Shown: positions 37,701 to 50,743 of the stretch, piece after piece
How the letters are laid out: every line of letters starts with the position of its first letter
Numbering within the stretch: position 1 is the stretch's first letter
Assembly (NCBI GenBank): GCA_038087875.1
Contig: CM075988.1
Location: 12,464,001 to 12,528,000 of the forward strand
DNA: 64,000 nt
Direction of reading: 5' to 3'
Source of the DNA: Malacoraja senta
Lineage: Eukaryota
Notes under the pieces: model-generated
What the model was told of the DNA's origin: nothing
What the model saw: only the letters and a program-made list of their open reading frames with translations
The model's database searches: none
Program-made: the position numbers and the translations under genes

Positions 37701-38317
37701 AGTCTTTTGCCCAGAGTAGGGGAATCGAGAGGATATAGGATTGAAGGTGAGGGGGGAAAGATTTAATAGGAACCTGTGTGGTCGCTTTTCACACAAAAGG
37801 TAGTGAGGATATGGAACGAGTTGCCGAAGGAGGTAGTTGAGGCAGGTACAGTTGCAATGTTTAAGAAACATTTGGACAGCTGCATGGATAGAACAGGATT
37901 AGAGAGATATGGGCCAAAAGCAGGCAGGTGGAATTGGTGTAGATGGTCCCACTTACCTGCGCTTGGTCCATATCCCCCCAAACCTGTCCTATCCATGTAC
38001 CTGTCTAACTGTCTCAAAAAAATGGGACAGTTCCAGCCTCAACTACCTCCTCTGGCAGCTTGTTCCATACACCCACCATCCTTTGTGTGAAAAAGTTACC
38101 CCTCGGATTTCTATTAAATCTTTTCCCCTTCACCTTGAACCTATGTCCTCTGGTCCTCAATTCCCCTACTCTGGCCAAGAGACTGTGCATCTACACAAAT
38201 TATTCCTCCCATGCTTTTGTATAAGATCTCTATAAGATCCCCCCTCTATAAGATCCCCCCTCTATAAGATCCCCCCTCATCCTCCTGCGCTCCATGGAAT
38301 AGAGTCCCAGCCTATTC
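37700..38317. mobile_element. Two CR1 3' ends fused tail-to-tail (inverted repeat)
   Basis: 37700-37945 is CR1 on the + strand (TQKVVRIWNELP..GPKAGRWN); 37946-38317 is CR1 on the - strand. There is no spacer. Confidence 0.85.
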
Positions 38318-38670
38318 CAGGGACAATGCAGGAGTGGGAATGTGAATTAAAACTGGCAACAGAGGACCATGACGGATGTAGCTCTTCAATGCAATCACCT
38401 AGTCTGTGTTTGGTCACAGCAAAGTACAGGAGGCCACATCAAGATCACCTAATGCAGTAGACGAGGTTGGAGGAAGTGCAAGTGAATCTCTGTCTCATCA
38501 GGAAGGGCCATTTAGGTCCTTTGATGTAAGTGAAGGAGATGGTGTAGGGCCAGGTGCTAAATCTCCAACGATTGCAGGCAAAGATGCCTGGATAAGGGGA
38601 GAGATGTGTGGGGAGATGATGAGCGAACCAGAGAGAGTGGTCCCTGTTGAGAGCAGAAAGAGGTGTGGAG
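38318..38670 (-). mobile_element. Degenerate Penelope GIY-YIG fragment
   Basis: ORF 38445-38741 ends IKGPKWPFLMRQRFTCTSSNLVYCIR. Confidence 0.78.
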
Positions 38671-39545
38671 GATTTTTTTTTTTTGTTTCCCAGTGAAATA
38701 TCCAATGTTAAAAAAATACATATTATTCCACTGTTAATCAAAAACTTAATTTAAACATTAGAAATGCATTAAAAATGTGGGTTAGTTTTAAGGAAGCTTC
38801 TCCTCCATGGAAAAAAAATACTGGCTGGAAACTTATTCTAAAATCCATCAACAGAGATTTGAACCTTCAGGGAATTTGTCAGAGAGATTTATGAATTGCC
38901 AGAACGACAAAGGCAGGAAACAAATTAAGGGGCTCAGAAATGTGATTGCAGCTGTTAGCATTACGGCATTCAGCATGTAATATTCTTGCTACCTGCTCAA
39001 TACCAGGGTGATGCACCAGTCGGTGCTATTCATTTACTGTGCTCCATTTTTGCTGGTGAGAGAGGGGAAGGGAAGATTATCAGATGACTGAGTCACTTAA
39101 AGGCAACTGCCAATTCCTAAAGCCAGTTTGCCCAATTTACTAAAGACCAAAGCATATTCTAATAATGATTTTAGACACAAAATCATAAGTATGTTTTTCA
39201 GAGGGGCCAGTTGAAGAATAAAGAATATTTGGATTTAAAGAATAGCACTCAGAGTTGATCGACCTGAGAGAGTCAGGAAGAAATACATTTAAATGAAAGT
39301 AGACACAAGAACTGTAAAAGTCGGAAACATATGCAAAAAACACAACGTGCTGGAGTAACTTAGCAGGTCCGGTAAAATTACTGGCAATGTTTCGGGTCAG
39401 GTCCCTTCTACAAATAAATGAATGTTATAATACAGTTGTGCAAGGTACAGAATGCTAAACTCTTATTGGTATCCAGAAGTTTTATACTGTTTCACATATA
39501 ATCACGATACTTTCATATCTGGTTTCATTTCAACAGTTTACATTC

Positions 39546-42500
39546 ATAGAGTCATAGAGTGAAACATTGTGGAAACAGGCCTTTCGGCCCAACACCGGCC
39601 AACAATGTCCCAGCTACATTAGTCCCACTTGCCTGCGCTTGGTCCATATCCCTCCAAACCTGCCCTATCAATGTACCTGTCTAACTGTATCTTAAACAAT
39701 GGGATAGTCCCAGCCTCAACTACCTCCTCTGGCAGCTTGTTCCATACACCCACCACCCTTTGTGTGAAAAAGTTACCCCTCGGATTCCTATTAAATCTTT
39801 TCCCCCTCACCTTAAACCTATGTCCTCAGGTCCTCGATTCCCCTACTCTGGGCAAAAGACTCCGTGCATCTACCCGATCTATTCCTCTCATACACCCCTA
39901 TAAGATCACCCCTCATTCACCTGCGCTCCATGGAATAGAGACCCAACCTACTCAACCTCTCCCTATAGCCCACACCCTCCAGTCCTGGCAACATCCTCGT
40001 AAATCTTTTCTGATCCCTTTCAAGCTTGACAATATCTTTCCTATAACATGGTGCCCAGAACTGAACACAATATTCTAAATGCAATCTCATCAATGTCTTA
40101 TACAACTGCAACATGACCTCCCAACTTCTATACTCAATACTTTGACTGATGAAGACCAAAGTGCCAAAAGCCTTTTTGACCACCTTTATCTACCTGCGAC
40201 TCGACCTTCAAGGAACCATGCACCTGTACTCCTAGATCACTCTGTTCTACAACACTACACAGAGGCCCACCATTCACTGTGTAGGTCCTGCCCTTGTTCG
40301 ACGTCCCAAACTGCAACACTTTACACTTCTCTGTATTAAATGTCATCAACCATTCCTCCGCCCACCTGGCCAATCGATTCAGATCCTGCTGCAATTGTTC
40401 ACAACCATCTTCACTATCTGCAAAACCACTAACTTTCATATCATCATCAAACTTGCTAATCTTGCCCTGTATGTTCTCATCCAAATGTAGATGACAAACA
40501 GTAATGGGGCCTAGCACTGAATCTTGAGGCACACCACTAGTCACAGGCATCTCGTATGAGAAGCAGCCTTCCACCATTACCCTCTGCTTCCTTCCATGGA
40601 GCCAATTTGCTATCCATTCAGCTATCTCTCCTTGGATCCCATGCGATCTAACCTTCCAGAGCAGCCTATCATGCGGAACTTTGTTGAACGCCTTAATGAA
40701 GGCCATATACACAACATCTACAGTTCTGCCTTCATCAACCTTTTTGGTCACGTCTTCAAAAAAATCAATCAGATTTGTGAGACACAACCTCCCACGTACA
40801 AAACCATTATGACTGCCCCTAATCAGCCCTTGCCCATCTATTTGCCTGTATATACTATCCCTCAGAATACTCTCCAGTAACTTACCAACCACAGATGTTA
40901 AGCTCACCAGCTTATAATTTCAAGCAATTTCCCTGCAGCCCTTCCCTGCAGCCCTGCTTGCCACACTCCAGTCTTACGGCACCTCTCCTGTATTTACGGA
41001 CGACTCGTAAATTTCAATCACGGCTCCCGCAATTTCCTCTCTAGTTTCCCACAATGTCCTCGGATATATCAGATTAGGCCCTGGAGATTTGTCTTCCTTC
41101 AAACATGACACTACCTTCAGTACTTCTTCAACAATAACTTTGACTGCTCTCAAGACACTTCCAGTGACTGCTCCAATTTCCTCCGTCCTACTGTCTTTCT
41201 CCTCGGTAAATTCAGAGGAGAATACTCATTTTGGACCTTGTCCATCTCCTGCCCTTCACTCTAACGGGAATGTACACATCCTGAGTTTTCTTCAGTACAC
41301 TTTTAAAAACATCCCACTTGGCCGATGTTCCTTTCCCATCTAATAACCTGCTCCAGTCAACTTGAGCGAGACCTTTTCTCATACTCCCAAAGTTGGCCTT
41401 ACCCTAGTTGAGCATTTTAACACGTGGACCCTCTCCATCCCTATCCATAACTATCTTAAACCTTTTCGAACTGTTGTCACTGGTCCCAAAAGGCTCCTCC
41501 ACCCACACTTCATTAACTTGCCCATCATAATTTCCCAATACTAGATCCAGCGTTGCCCTCTCATGTGTGAGGGCCTCCACATACTGTTTAAGAAAACTCT
41601 CTTGAACACTTTTGAGGAATTGCACCACATCTGGACCCTTGCTATGATTTTCCCAGTCCATATTGGGAAAGTTAAAATCCCCTACTACAACAACCTTAAT
41701 TGACCTGCAGCTGTCTGCAATCTCCCAGCACATTGGTTCTTTTAATTTCTGTTGACTATTCGGGGGTCTGTAGTACACCCCCAACAAGGTGATCATCCCT
41801 TTCTTGTTCCTCAGCTCCTCACATATAGCCTCACTAGATGAACCGTTCGTAATGTCACCTCTGAACACAGTCGTAACATCCTCCTTAACCAACAATGCAA
41901 CCCCCCTCCTCTTTTTCCCTCACCCCTGCCTCAGCTCCTGTACCCCAGAACATTGAGCTGCCAGTCCTGCCCCTCCCTTAACCAGGTTTACACAACATCT
42001 CAGTCGTTTGTACCTATCCATGCCCTAAGCTCCTCTGCCTTACCCGTCAGGCCCTTTGCATTAAAATACGTGCAGTTGAAACCAAACCTCCTTCCTCGCT
42101 CTCCACCTTTCACCTGCCTATTCTGTCCACTAACGTTTCCCATACCATTCTCCATACCATCTTCTAGCCTCTCATGTGCCTCTGTCCTGCAAGAGATCCC
42201 ACCCCCTGCCAATCTAGTTTAAACCCTCCCACGTAGCATTAGCAAACCTTCCTGCTAAGATGTTGGTCCCCATCCAGTTTAGGTGCAACCCGTCCCTTTT
42301 ATACAGGTCACCCGGAAGACATCCCAATTATCCAGAAATCTGAATCCCTGCCCCCTGTACCAACTCCTCAGCCACACATTCATTCTCCTTATCTTCCTAT
42401 TCTTACCTTCACTAGCACAAAGTACTGAAAGCAATCCTGAGATCACTACCCTGCAGGTCCTGCTTTTCAGTCTTCTACCCAATTCAGTAAATTCTTGTTG

Positions 42501-43020
42501 CAGAACCTCCTTCCTCTTCAGACCTATATCATTTGTGCCAACATGCACAACAACCTCCGGCTGCTCCCCCTCACACTTGAGGATGACGTGCAGCAGCTCG
42601 GAGACGTCCTGTACCCTGGCACCAGGGAGACAACTCACCATCATGGAGTCTCGCCTGCTGCCGCAGAATCTCCTGTCCGCACCTCTGATTGGTTGGAATC
42701 ACAGCCCTAGCTACCACTCAATCTTGTCATGTTGTCCGCTTCCAAGAGGGCGTACCTGTTTTTAGTAGGTACAGCCACCGGGGTCTCCTGCACTCCACGT
42801 TTACTAATTCTCACAGTCACCCACCTTTGCTCTTCCTGTATCCTTGGTGTGACAATCTCACTGTAGGTCTTGTCCAGGAAACTCACGTTTTCCCGGATGG
42901 CCCTGAGATCATCCAACTGCTCCTCCAGTTCCCCAACACATTTATGCAGGAGCTGCACCTGGACATAATTTCTGCAAGTGTAGTTTCCAGAAGCACCAGT
43001 GTGTTTACTCAATTTAGGTA
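39546..43020 (-). mobile_element. Decayed near-full-length CR1 LINE: ORF1 (Zn-finger/coiled-coil and SGNH esterase) plus ORF2 (APE endonuclease and RT), with frameshifts and internal deletions
   Basis: ORF pieces in order: 42707-43042 (YTCRNY..VGELEEQL), 42279-42644 (CLPGARVQDV, VVVHVGTND, VVISGLL), 42000-42212 (YFNAKGL), 41404-41895 (GVYYRPPN, GDFNFP, LDLVL), then RT in 40134-40907, 39917-40183 and 39619-39810. Tail is (catagagt)n. Confidence 0.93.
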
Positions 43021-45244
43021 AACTTGTCAGTGAGTTCGACATAGTGCTGATCTTTCAGCCTTGACAAGTTTAATGTTACCTGGAAGGTTCAGATTTACTC
43101 CAGAAGTTTGCCATAAAAGAACAATACCTGCACTATTTTACTTTGTGAGATGCTTATCCTCACTTATAATTATTTACCCAAATAGAAAATGCCGGAAATA
43201 CTTGACGGATGAGGCATTACCTGTGAACAGGGAAATATTGCTAATATTTTATGACAATAAACTTTTATCTGGTGGAGGGTCATTCATCTGAAAAATGAGC
43301 TTTGTTTCTCTCGTCAAATGTGTTGCCTAACCTGCTGAGTGTTTCCAGCAATTTCTGTTATTTGGAATTCCAGCATCTGCAGTATTTAGTTTTGGCCATT
43401 ATTATTAACCCTAATTATATTTCATCCTCACACATTTGTTTATTATGGCTGCTGATTATTTTATAATTCTTCTCAAGCACCTGCATGATTTAATCATTGA
43501 ATCCGCGAAGACTTCACACCTGAGCTCAATTGTAAATCAGTATTTCAGTGAATTAAATTTACCCCGGTTGAAACCCAATAGAATGTGCTCCATTATTTAG
43601 CTTGAGTGGCTATGTATCTCACACAAACGACAAATCTCTCTGAAAGAAAAACAAATCAGTGGTGCATTTTGTCAAAGAGTGTAATAGATTGACGATGCGA
43701 AGGATTATTGCATTGTGACAACTGCCACTGGCCATGTTTGAAGCAGAGACCTATCTACGAGGAGAGGCAACAACAGTTGAGTTAATCATTGTAGGTTAGT
43801 CTTGTCATCCTTCTGCAGACTGGTTATAGACTATTATTGAGAAAAGGTTACTCTCTTTGCTCTTGGCATGATGTATTTTTCATGGTTCTGGAAACCAGCA
43901 CTCTCTGCTCAGTAAAAATCAAACTCAATTTTAAATCAATTTTATTGCTGGGTAATAAAATTCTATTTCCATCCCACCTTTCAAGGGCAGGTGGGACTAG
44001 TGTAGGTGGGACATCTTAGTTAGCATGGGCAAAATGGGTCGAAGGACCTATTTCTGTGCTGTATAGGAAACATAGACAAAGAAAATAGGTGCAGGAGTAG
44101 GACATTCAACCCTTCGAGCTAGCACCACCATTCAATATGATCATGGCTGATCATCCCAAATCGGTACCACAATCTTGCTTTCTCCCCATATCCCTTGATT
44201 CTGTTATATCTATATCTAACTCAATGAATCTAACTGTATGAATCTATTACTATGAAATCTATGCTAAATGATCTGATTTCTGCCCTTTTTAAGAATTCTG
44301 CTTAATTTGTGGAGTGCTCCTTGTACACAATTCTATAATAAATAAAACAAAAGAGATATATTATGTTAAGTAAGACATTGTCTACAGGCATTGTGGACAC
44401 CAGCTATTATGCAAGGCTATAACCAAAACCATGCAAGAGGCATCAACTTAAAGGTGGCTTCCAAACGTGTGTTTGGTACCAATAGCATCAGTATGTGTGA
44501 TGGGCAGACAACATAACCTCTCTGTGACTTCCATCTATAATGATGCCACAGAGAGGCAGGGTTATGATCGATGTTTCGGTACACACTTATGTATATAAGT
44601 GAAAATTTCATTGAGCAATTATAAATGCAGTGTATGGGGGAAAAAATCATTATGCATTGGGGCCAGTGTTGACAAGGATTGACAAAAGATCCAGAAAAAT
44701 AGACATGATAAAAATAGTTGCGTTTAGGATTTGGATTGCATTGCCTGTTTTGATGGTGGGTACAGATTCAAGTGCAGCAATGTGGCACAGCTGGTTGTGT
44801 TGCTATCTTACAGCGTCCGAGCCCAGGCCTCACAGATTGACACAAATAAAGATAGTGTTTCCTTAATGTGACATTCCAATGTATGCGAATGAAAAATTGT
44901 GATATTTAGCTCTACAGATCAGTTAAAGCCATTGGGATTAATTTAATTTGGTTTGAGAGAATACTACAAGCTCAATTGGCCAATTGGTCATCTTCTGCAT
45001 TCTTCTATTCCATGATTCCTTGAGGAGAAAGTTTGCAAAAGTCTGTATTTTGACAGCAGAAAAACATACTGGTGAGTTTTGGAAGTTTGAGGCACTTTGT
45101 CAACTAATGTCAACTGAATTACATCCTCTTCTAGATGTCGTCTCAAATTATTCCCCAAGGAATCTGTTATTTCTGAACAGGGCATTAAGAAGGCATTGTT
45201 GGAGAGGTGCTTCTTGAGTTGAGTTGAGAGATTACAGGTTAGAG

Positions 45245-45820
45245 CCTAGTGGTGTAGCTGGTAGGGCTGTTGCTTCTCACCTCCAGAGACCATGACCTTG
45301 GATGCTGTCTGTGGAGTTTGCATGTTCTCCCTGTGAACGGTATTGGTTTCCTCTGGGTGCACCAGTTTACTTCCACATCACAAAGACATGGGTTTATAGA
45401 TTAATTGGACTCTGTAAAGTGCCTCTAATGAGTGAGAGTTGGATGCAAACATGGGATAATATAAAACTAGTGTGGATAATATAGAACTAGTTAGGGTGGC
45501 ATGGTGGCGCAGTGGTAGAGTTGCTGCCTTACAGCGCCGGAAACCCGAGTTCGATCCCGACTACGGGTGCTGTCTGTACAGAGTTTGTACGTTCTCCGCA
45601 TGACCGCGAGGGTTTTCTCTGAGATCTTCGGTTTCCTCCCACACTCCAAAGATGTACAGGTATGTAAGTTAATTGGTTTGGTAAAATGTCAAAATTGTCC
45701 CTAGCATGTGAAGGATAGTGTTAATGTGCAGGAATTGCTGGTCAGCACGGACCCGGTGGGCTGAAACTCTTGTTTCCACGCGGTCTCTCCAAACTAAACT
45801 AGTGTGAACAGGTGATTGAG
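45245..45820 (+). mobile_element. Nested SINEs: a younger tRNA SINE (45493-45800) inside an older SINE
   Basis: The inner copy has TGGCGCAGTGG and GTTCGATCC boxes and an aaactaaact tail. The older copy resumes at actagtgtgaacaggtgatt. Confidence 0.8.
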
Positions 45821-47107
45821 CCAGCTATCGTACAATCAATCATCTTGAAGAGAGAGGCAAATCTGTGGAATCCTCCACCCTGGAGGATTGTGAAGGGTTG
45901 ATTATCAGGACATTTTATTTTAAAAAATGGACACATTTTTGAATGATTGGGGAATTGAGGGCTATGGAGAACAGATCTGCCGTGATCATATTGAATGATG
46001 GGGCAAGCTTGAGGGGCTGAGAGACCTACTCATGCTCTGATTATCTGGTGGTCTTTTCTGATTGACCTCCAGAGTATAAAAGCAATAGCTGAAGGTTTAG
46101 GTTGATAGTAAAATAAAAAAAGGTGGGCGTAAGTAGGTTCTGAAATTTTTGGAATATGTGGTGTGCGGTTCGATTGGTTCTGGGACTGAGATTGCGAAAA
46201 AGACAAAGCATGTTTCTGGAGGGATTTAAAAATAGAGATGAACATCTCGCACTCAACTCTCTGGAGCACAAGAGGCCATTGGAACTTGAGAGATTTCAGA
46301 ATAAATGCAATCCAGTACTTGTTGCAAAAGACCTGGGCTATAAAATTCAATAAGAATGTGAAGGCAGGAAAATTGATGAAAAAAGCATTGAAAAAACCTA
46401 TCCTCGGGATACTCGATGTGTTGAAGTGGATTTAAGATAGGAATTCAAAGAGCAGCGTTCAATTGGTTTTTTGTGCCATGAATTCAGCTTGAAAGTCAGC
46501 AGTGATTGAATAATTCAAAGTAAATTTATTTTTAAGAAATAGGTTAGGAAAGAGAAGTATTTCTTTTGGAATGCTGAACGTATAAGGAATATCAAAGTTA
46601 GTTAATGGTAGCAATTTGCAGTGCATTTCAGTCAATTTGGAGCTGAATTGTTAGAACCGGGCACTTACAGGTAACCACATGGATGATAAAAGGAAAATAG
46701 AATACCTTGTGAATAATGGTTCAGTGATGTGAGGAAGGCGTACTGTATCATGAACCTTCCCACAATCTCCAACTTTGCACTACTTGAGAATGATTCCCAT
46801 TGGCTTCTAAAGCTTGTATTATTTCTTTTATCCCAATAAACAAATCATTAACTAGATAAATATAATTGCTTGAAAACTCGCACATTAACAATAACGGCAG
46901 CACGAGTAAAAAGATAAATAATCTGCAGTTAAAATGTGTATTTCTGAAATTTCTAGCACTGTGATTAGTTTCCCAAACATATTCATGATCATCTCAGGGG
47001 CAAGACTTCATCTGAGAGCAAGGGGTGTAAACACATGCCAAGTAAGGGCATTCAGAAAAAAAGTTTACTCCATAAAGCAGAGAAGTATGGGACAGTATAA
47101 TCAATTT

Positions 47108-47415
47108 CAGTTTTAGTTTATTGTCACATGTACTTTGTACTGTGAAAAGCATTTGTTGTGTGCTAACCAGTCAGCAGAAAGACAATGCATTATTACAATC
47201 GAGCCATTCGCGCTTTACATATACATGATAAGGGAATAACTTTTAGTGCAAGGTAAAGCCAGTAAAATCCGATTAAAGATAGTCCGAGAGTCCATAATAA
47301 GGTAGATAGTACTTTAGGACCGCTCTTGAGTTGCGGTAGAATGATTCATTTGCCGGATAACTGCTGGGAAGAAACTGTCCCTGAATCTGGAAGTGTGCAT
47401 TTTCACACTTCTATC
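47108..47415 (-). mobile_element. Rex1/Babar-type LINE 3' end
   Basis: Reverse complement of the 22278-22541 and 13340-13633 family. Confidence 0.72.
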
Positions 47416-47850
47416 TACCTCATCAATAATCAATTGACAAGAAAGAACAATGCGTGGAGACTGGAAAATTTACAGGACAAATTAATTATACATGTGGTGG
47501 AGTTAAACTAGTCCATGCTAGGGGGTCACATTCCATTATTGCCTATGGTCCTGCTGCCAAGAGCAATGGAACTGTTATTGTCATCTTTTACTGTTGGAAG
47601 GCCCTTTGGAACTGCCTTTCAAGCAAGGGGCACTGTTGCAAGGAAATTAGATTGCTTCATGAGAATTAATGGCCCATGCACATGCCACCAAGTAATATTG
47701 GTATCTTAAATTCCATCCACACTCATTTGCCAATCACAATTCCAGTTTTAACAGTCAGAAATGTTGACTATTTTGTCTTCATATATGCTTTGAAATGGTT
47801 TATTTAAAACAATTTCCCCTTATTACGGAGGATGAGGTATGCAGGACGAA

Positions 47851-48047
47851 AGGGCCTGTCCCACTTGGGCGTCATGCAGGTGGCGCGCGAAGATTTTGTG
47901 AATCCCCAAATCCTGGGGCACCGCGCGTCACTGCCTATGCCACCACGCCTCACCACGCGCCATGCGCGCATAATGCACACCATGCGCATCGTGCGTCGTG
48001 ATGCGTAAATTATGTTGCGTAAATGACGCCCAAGTGGGACAGGCCCT
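47851..48047. mobile_element. PIF/Harbinger-like MITE (GC-rich subfamily)
   Basis: AGGGCCTGTCCCACTTGGGCGTCAT / ATGACGCCCAAGTGGGACAGGCCCT, a perfect 25-bp TIR; flanks GAA and TAA. Confidence 0.9.
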
Positions 48048-48921
48048 TAAGAGACTTTTTTTTTTCACTCAGGGTGCTGAACCTGTGAAATTCACCATCA
48101 TGGTGAAGGTTTTGGTTTATTATTGTCCCATGTACCCAGATAAAGCGAAATACTTTGTATTGCTTGTTATCCAGGAAAATTAAGCTATTCACGATTTTGA
48201 TCAAACCATATACAATTTCAAAGCAAAAGACATAAACTTCTGGAGTAACTTAGCGGGTCAGGCAGTATCACTGGAAAACATGGATTGATGACATTTCCCT
48301 TCAGCACCCTTCTTCAGACTGAAGGTTCTCATACATGAGTACAACACGGAGCGCAAAAAGACAAAGGAATTAAGTATAGATTATAATGTTACAATGACAG
48401 TGAAACTGCAAATTTAAAAAAAAGGTTCCTCCATTGTTCTCCCCTCCCCTACCTCACGGAGGTCCCCCCACATCGGGTTGGTGGCATTGAAGAGGCTTTT
48501 AGATAGGCATTTGGAGGAATATCAATTACATGCAGGAGGAGGAGATTAGTTTAACCTGGTATCACCTTCAGCACAGACATGATGGACTGAAGGGCCTGTT
48601 TCTGTGTCAAACTGTTCCATGCCCTAATCAATTGCTTGATAACGTTATGAAAGATTATGTGAAAATAATATAATTGCAGATTAAAATTGCATAGCGAAAG
48701 GCTGTGAAGCTCTCACAGCTTTAACCAGACTTGGCAAAATTTATATGTTTGCATTCGAGGTATGCTGTTCACTAATGAAGTGAATTGTTGATTCCAAATA
48801 TTCTCTGTACTTTCCTTCCTTCAGCATTCTCGAGTGGTTTAGGACAACCTCGGGGTTTGAGAATGTGCATTATTGAGAACCAATAATAAATCCACACTAT
48901 TCTTACTGTAAACTACCCTAA

Positions 48922-49146
48922 AGGGCCTGTTCCACTTAAGTGATTTTTTCGGCGACTTGCCGGCACCCGTCATAGTCGCAGCAGGTCGCCGAAAATTTTC
49001 AAAAAGGTTGAAAATCCAGCGGCGACCAGAAAAAGGTACGACTCTTTGGGCGACTACTCACGACCAAACAGGCGTCACCCCGCGACATGTCGGCGCCCGT
49101 CATAAACGACTTTATTATTTCTTAAACGACATGTGACGCCTGTATG
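48922..49146. mobile_element. Half of a palindromic Harbinger-like MITE
   Basis: TAA|AGGGCCTGTTCCACTTAAG, then a match to the left arm of 23192-23533. The right arm is lost. Confidence 0.8.
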
Positions 49147-49910
49147 TGGTATAAATGAGTTTTAATAGCACATTGCTATCATTTCTACTTCTCTAACTCT
49201 GGCTTCATAAAAATAATAGGTGGATTGTAATTCACTTCGAAAAATACTTAAATATAAGGATTTACGATAATATTTGTTTAACATTAGTTTTCCTCCAAGA
49301 GGCATGTGTCCCATTCCTTGGTTAGCTCTTGTGGAGAGTTTAAAATTCTAAGCTTAAAATCTGCTTCTATAACAATGTCTGAGAATATCCTCAATGTATT
49401 TGGCTGTGCAGCCAAACCAGGGATCTCGTTGAACTGGTAAACGAAAGCAACTATCAACAGAACTGGAGGAGCTTGCACTACAGTAGCTCAATCTTTGTGG
49501 GTGAATTGTTCAAAGTTGACAGCGCCATGAGTTCACTATTGAACGTGAAATCCAAGCCACAACACCAGTGTAGGATACAGTGAATGATCCCACTTGGTAC
49601 AGCTCATGTAACACATCTGTGGAATTTGTTCATTTCTGCCCTAATCATACACAAATAATGTCAAGATACTGCAATGTGTTGACAGGCCTTGCAGTTGCAT
49701 GTTGAATACAGCATCTAATTGCTTGTTATATGGGCATTATTTTCTTTTATGTGTCAATGATATATCTGGTGGAAACCTTAGTGGAAGTCGCAATGAAAAA
49801 TCAAGTGTCATTTTCATGATTATCTTGGGTGCTTGGTTCATAAACCCATTGGTATGGCATTTCCAATGAGAGGGAATATGAATACAGTCTGCATGTTTGA
49901 TATTTCTTAA

Positions 49911-50130
49911 TGGGCCTGTCTCACTTAGGTGACTCTTTAGGCGACTAGGCCAGGGACTAGTTTTAATGGAATTCACCTACGGCACCTGGCGACAACCTAC
50001 GGCAGCACCTAGGACAACCTACGACAGCAAAAATTGTCCCAACTGTCACCGAAAAATGTTCACCAGGTTGAAAATTTTGCGGCAGTCGCCTGTAGTCGCC
50101 TCAAAAAATTGCCTAAGTGGGACAGGCCCA
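49911..50130. mobile_element. PIF/Harbinger-like MITE
   Basis: TAA|TGGGCCTGTCTCACTTAGG...CCTAAGTGGGACAGGCCCA|TAA. Confidence 0.9.
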
Positions 50131-50617
50131 TAACAATTGAACTTTGAACCAAGTTAAGAGTGTTTCTCGAAAAAAAATTTAATGCGACATTCTGTCAAAC
50201 AATATTTACTTGTTGGCATGTTATTTTCCTAAAAGCAGAGATGAGATTAGTACTGAAATACATCTCATTCTGTTGATCCACCCTTTACAGTGTGGAAGGT
50301 TTGCTGAGGTATTAAAATATTTTAACTTTGCAAACAATGTAAGATGTGTTTTCATATCAAGAGTCAAGAGCATTTAATTGTCATATTCACTGACAACAGA
50401 ACAATGAAATTCTTAACTGTGACAGCATAACACGCCTGTAAACATAATGCACGGAGATATTGTAGAATAAATGTAATAAATTACAAACCCCAATGCTGTA
50501 GAAAAAAAGCCCAAAGTCCTTAGTTCAACCAAACATAATCCATGCTTCATTGGTTCGTTCATCAATTAATATCTTAGTATTAAAATTCATTTTCTTTTTT
50601 TCTTTTTCTTTCCTCAG

Positions 50618-50743
50618 TTCCACCAAAAATTGTCAACATTTCCAGTAGTGTCGCTGTGAATGAGGGCAGCAATGTTACACTCCTGTGCCTCGCTATCGGA
50701 CGCCCAGAGCCCACCGTGACATGGCGTCACCTTTCTTCAAAGG
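50618..50743 (+). CDS. OPCML: Internal coding exon (first half of Ig domain 2) of an IgLON-family neural cell adhesion gene, OPCML-like
   Basis: A long polypyrimidine tract and CAG acceptor end at 50617; the donor G|GTAAGT starts at 50744. The exon is 126 bp, phase 1-1, and translates (V)[41 protein letters not shown]. This closely matches my recollection of vertebrate OPCML ([42 protein letters not shown]); the motif [11 protein letters not shown] favours OPCML over NTM, LSAMP or NEGR1. IgLON family is secure, paralog identity less so. Not in the ORF track. Confidence 0.88.
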
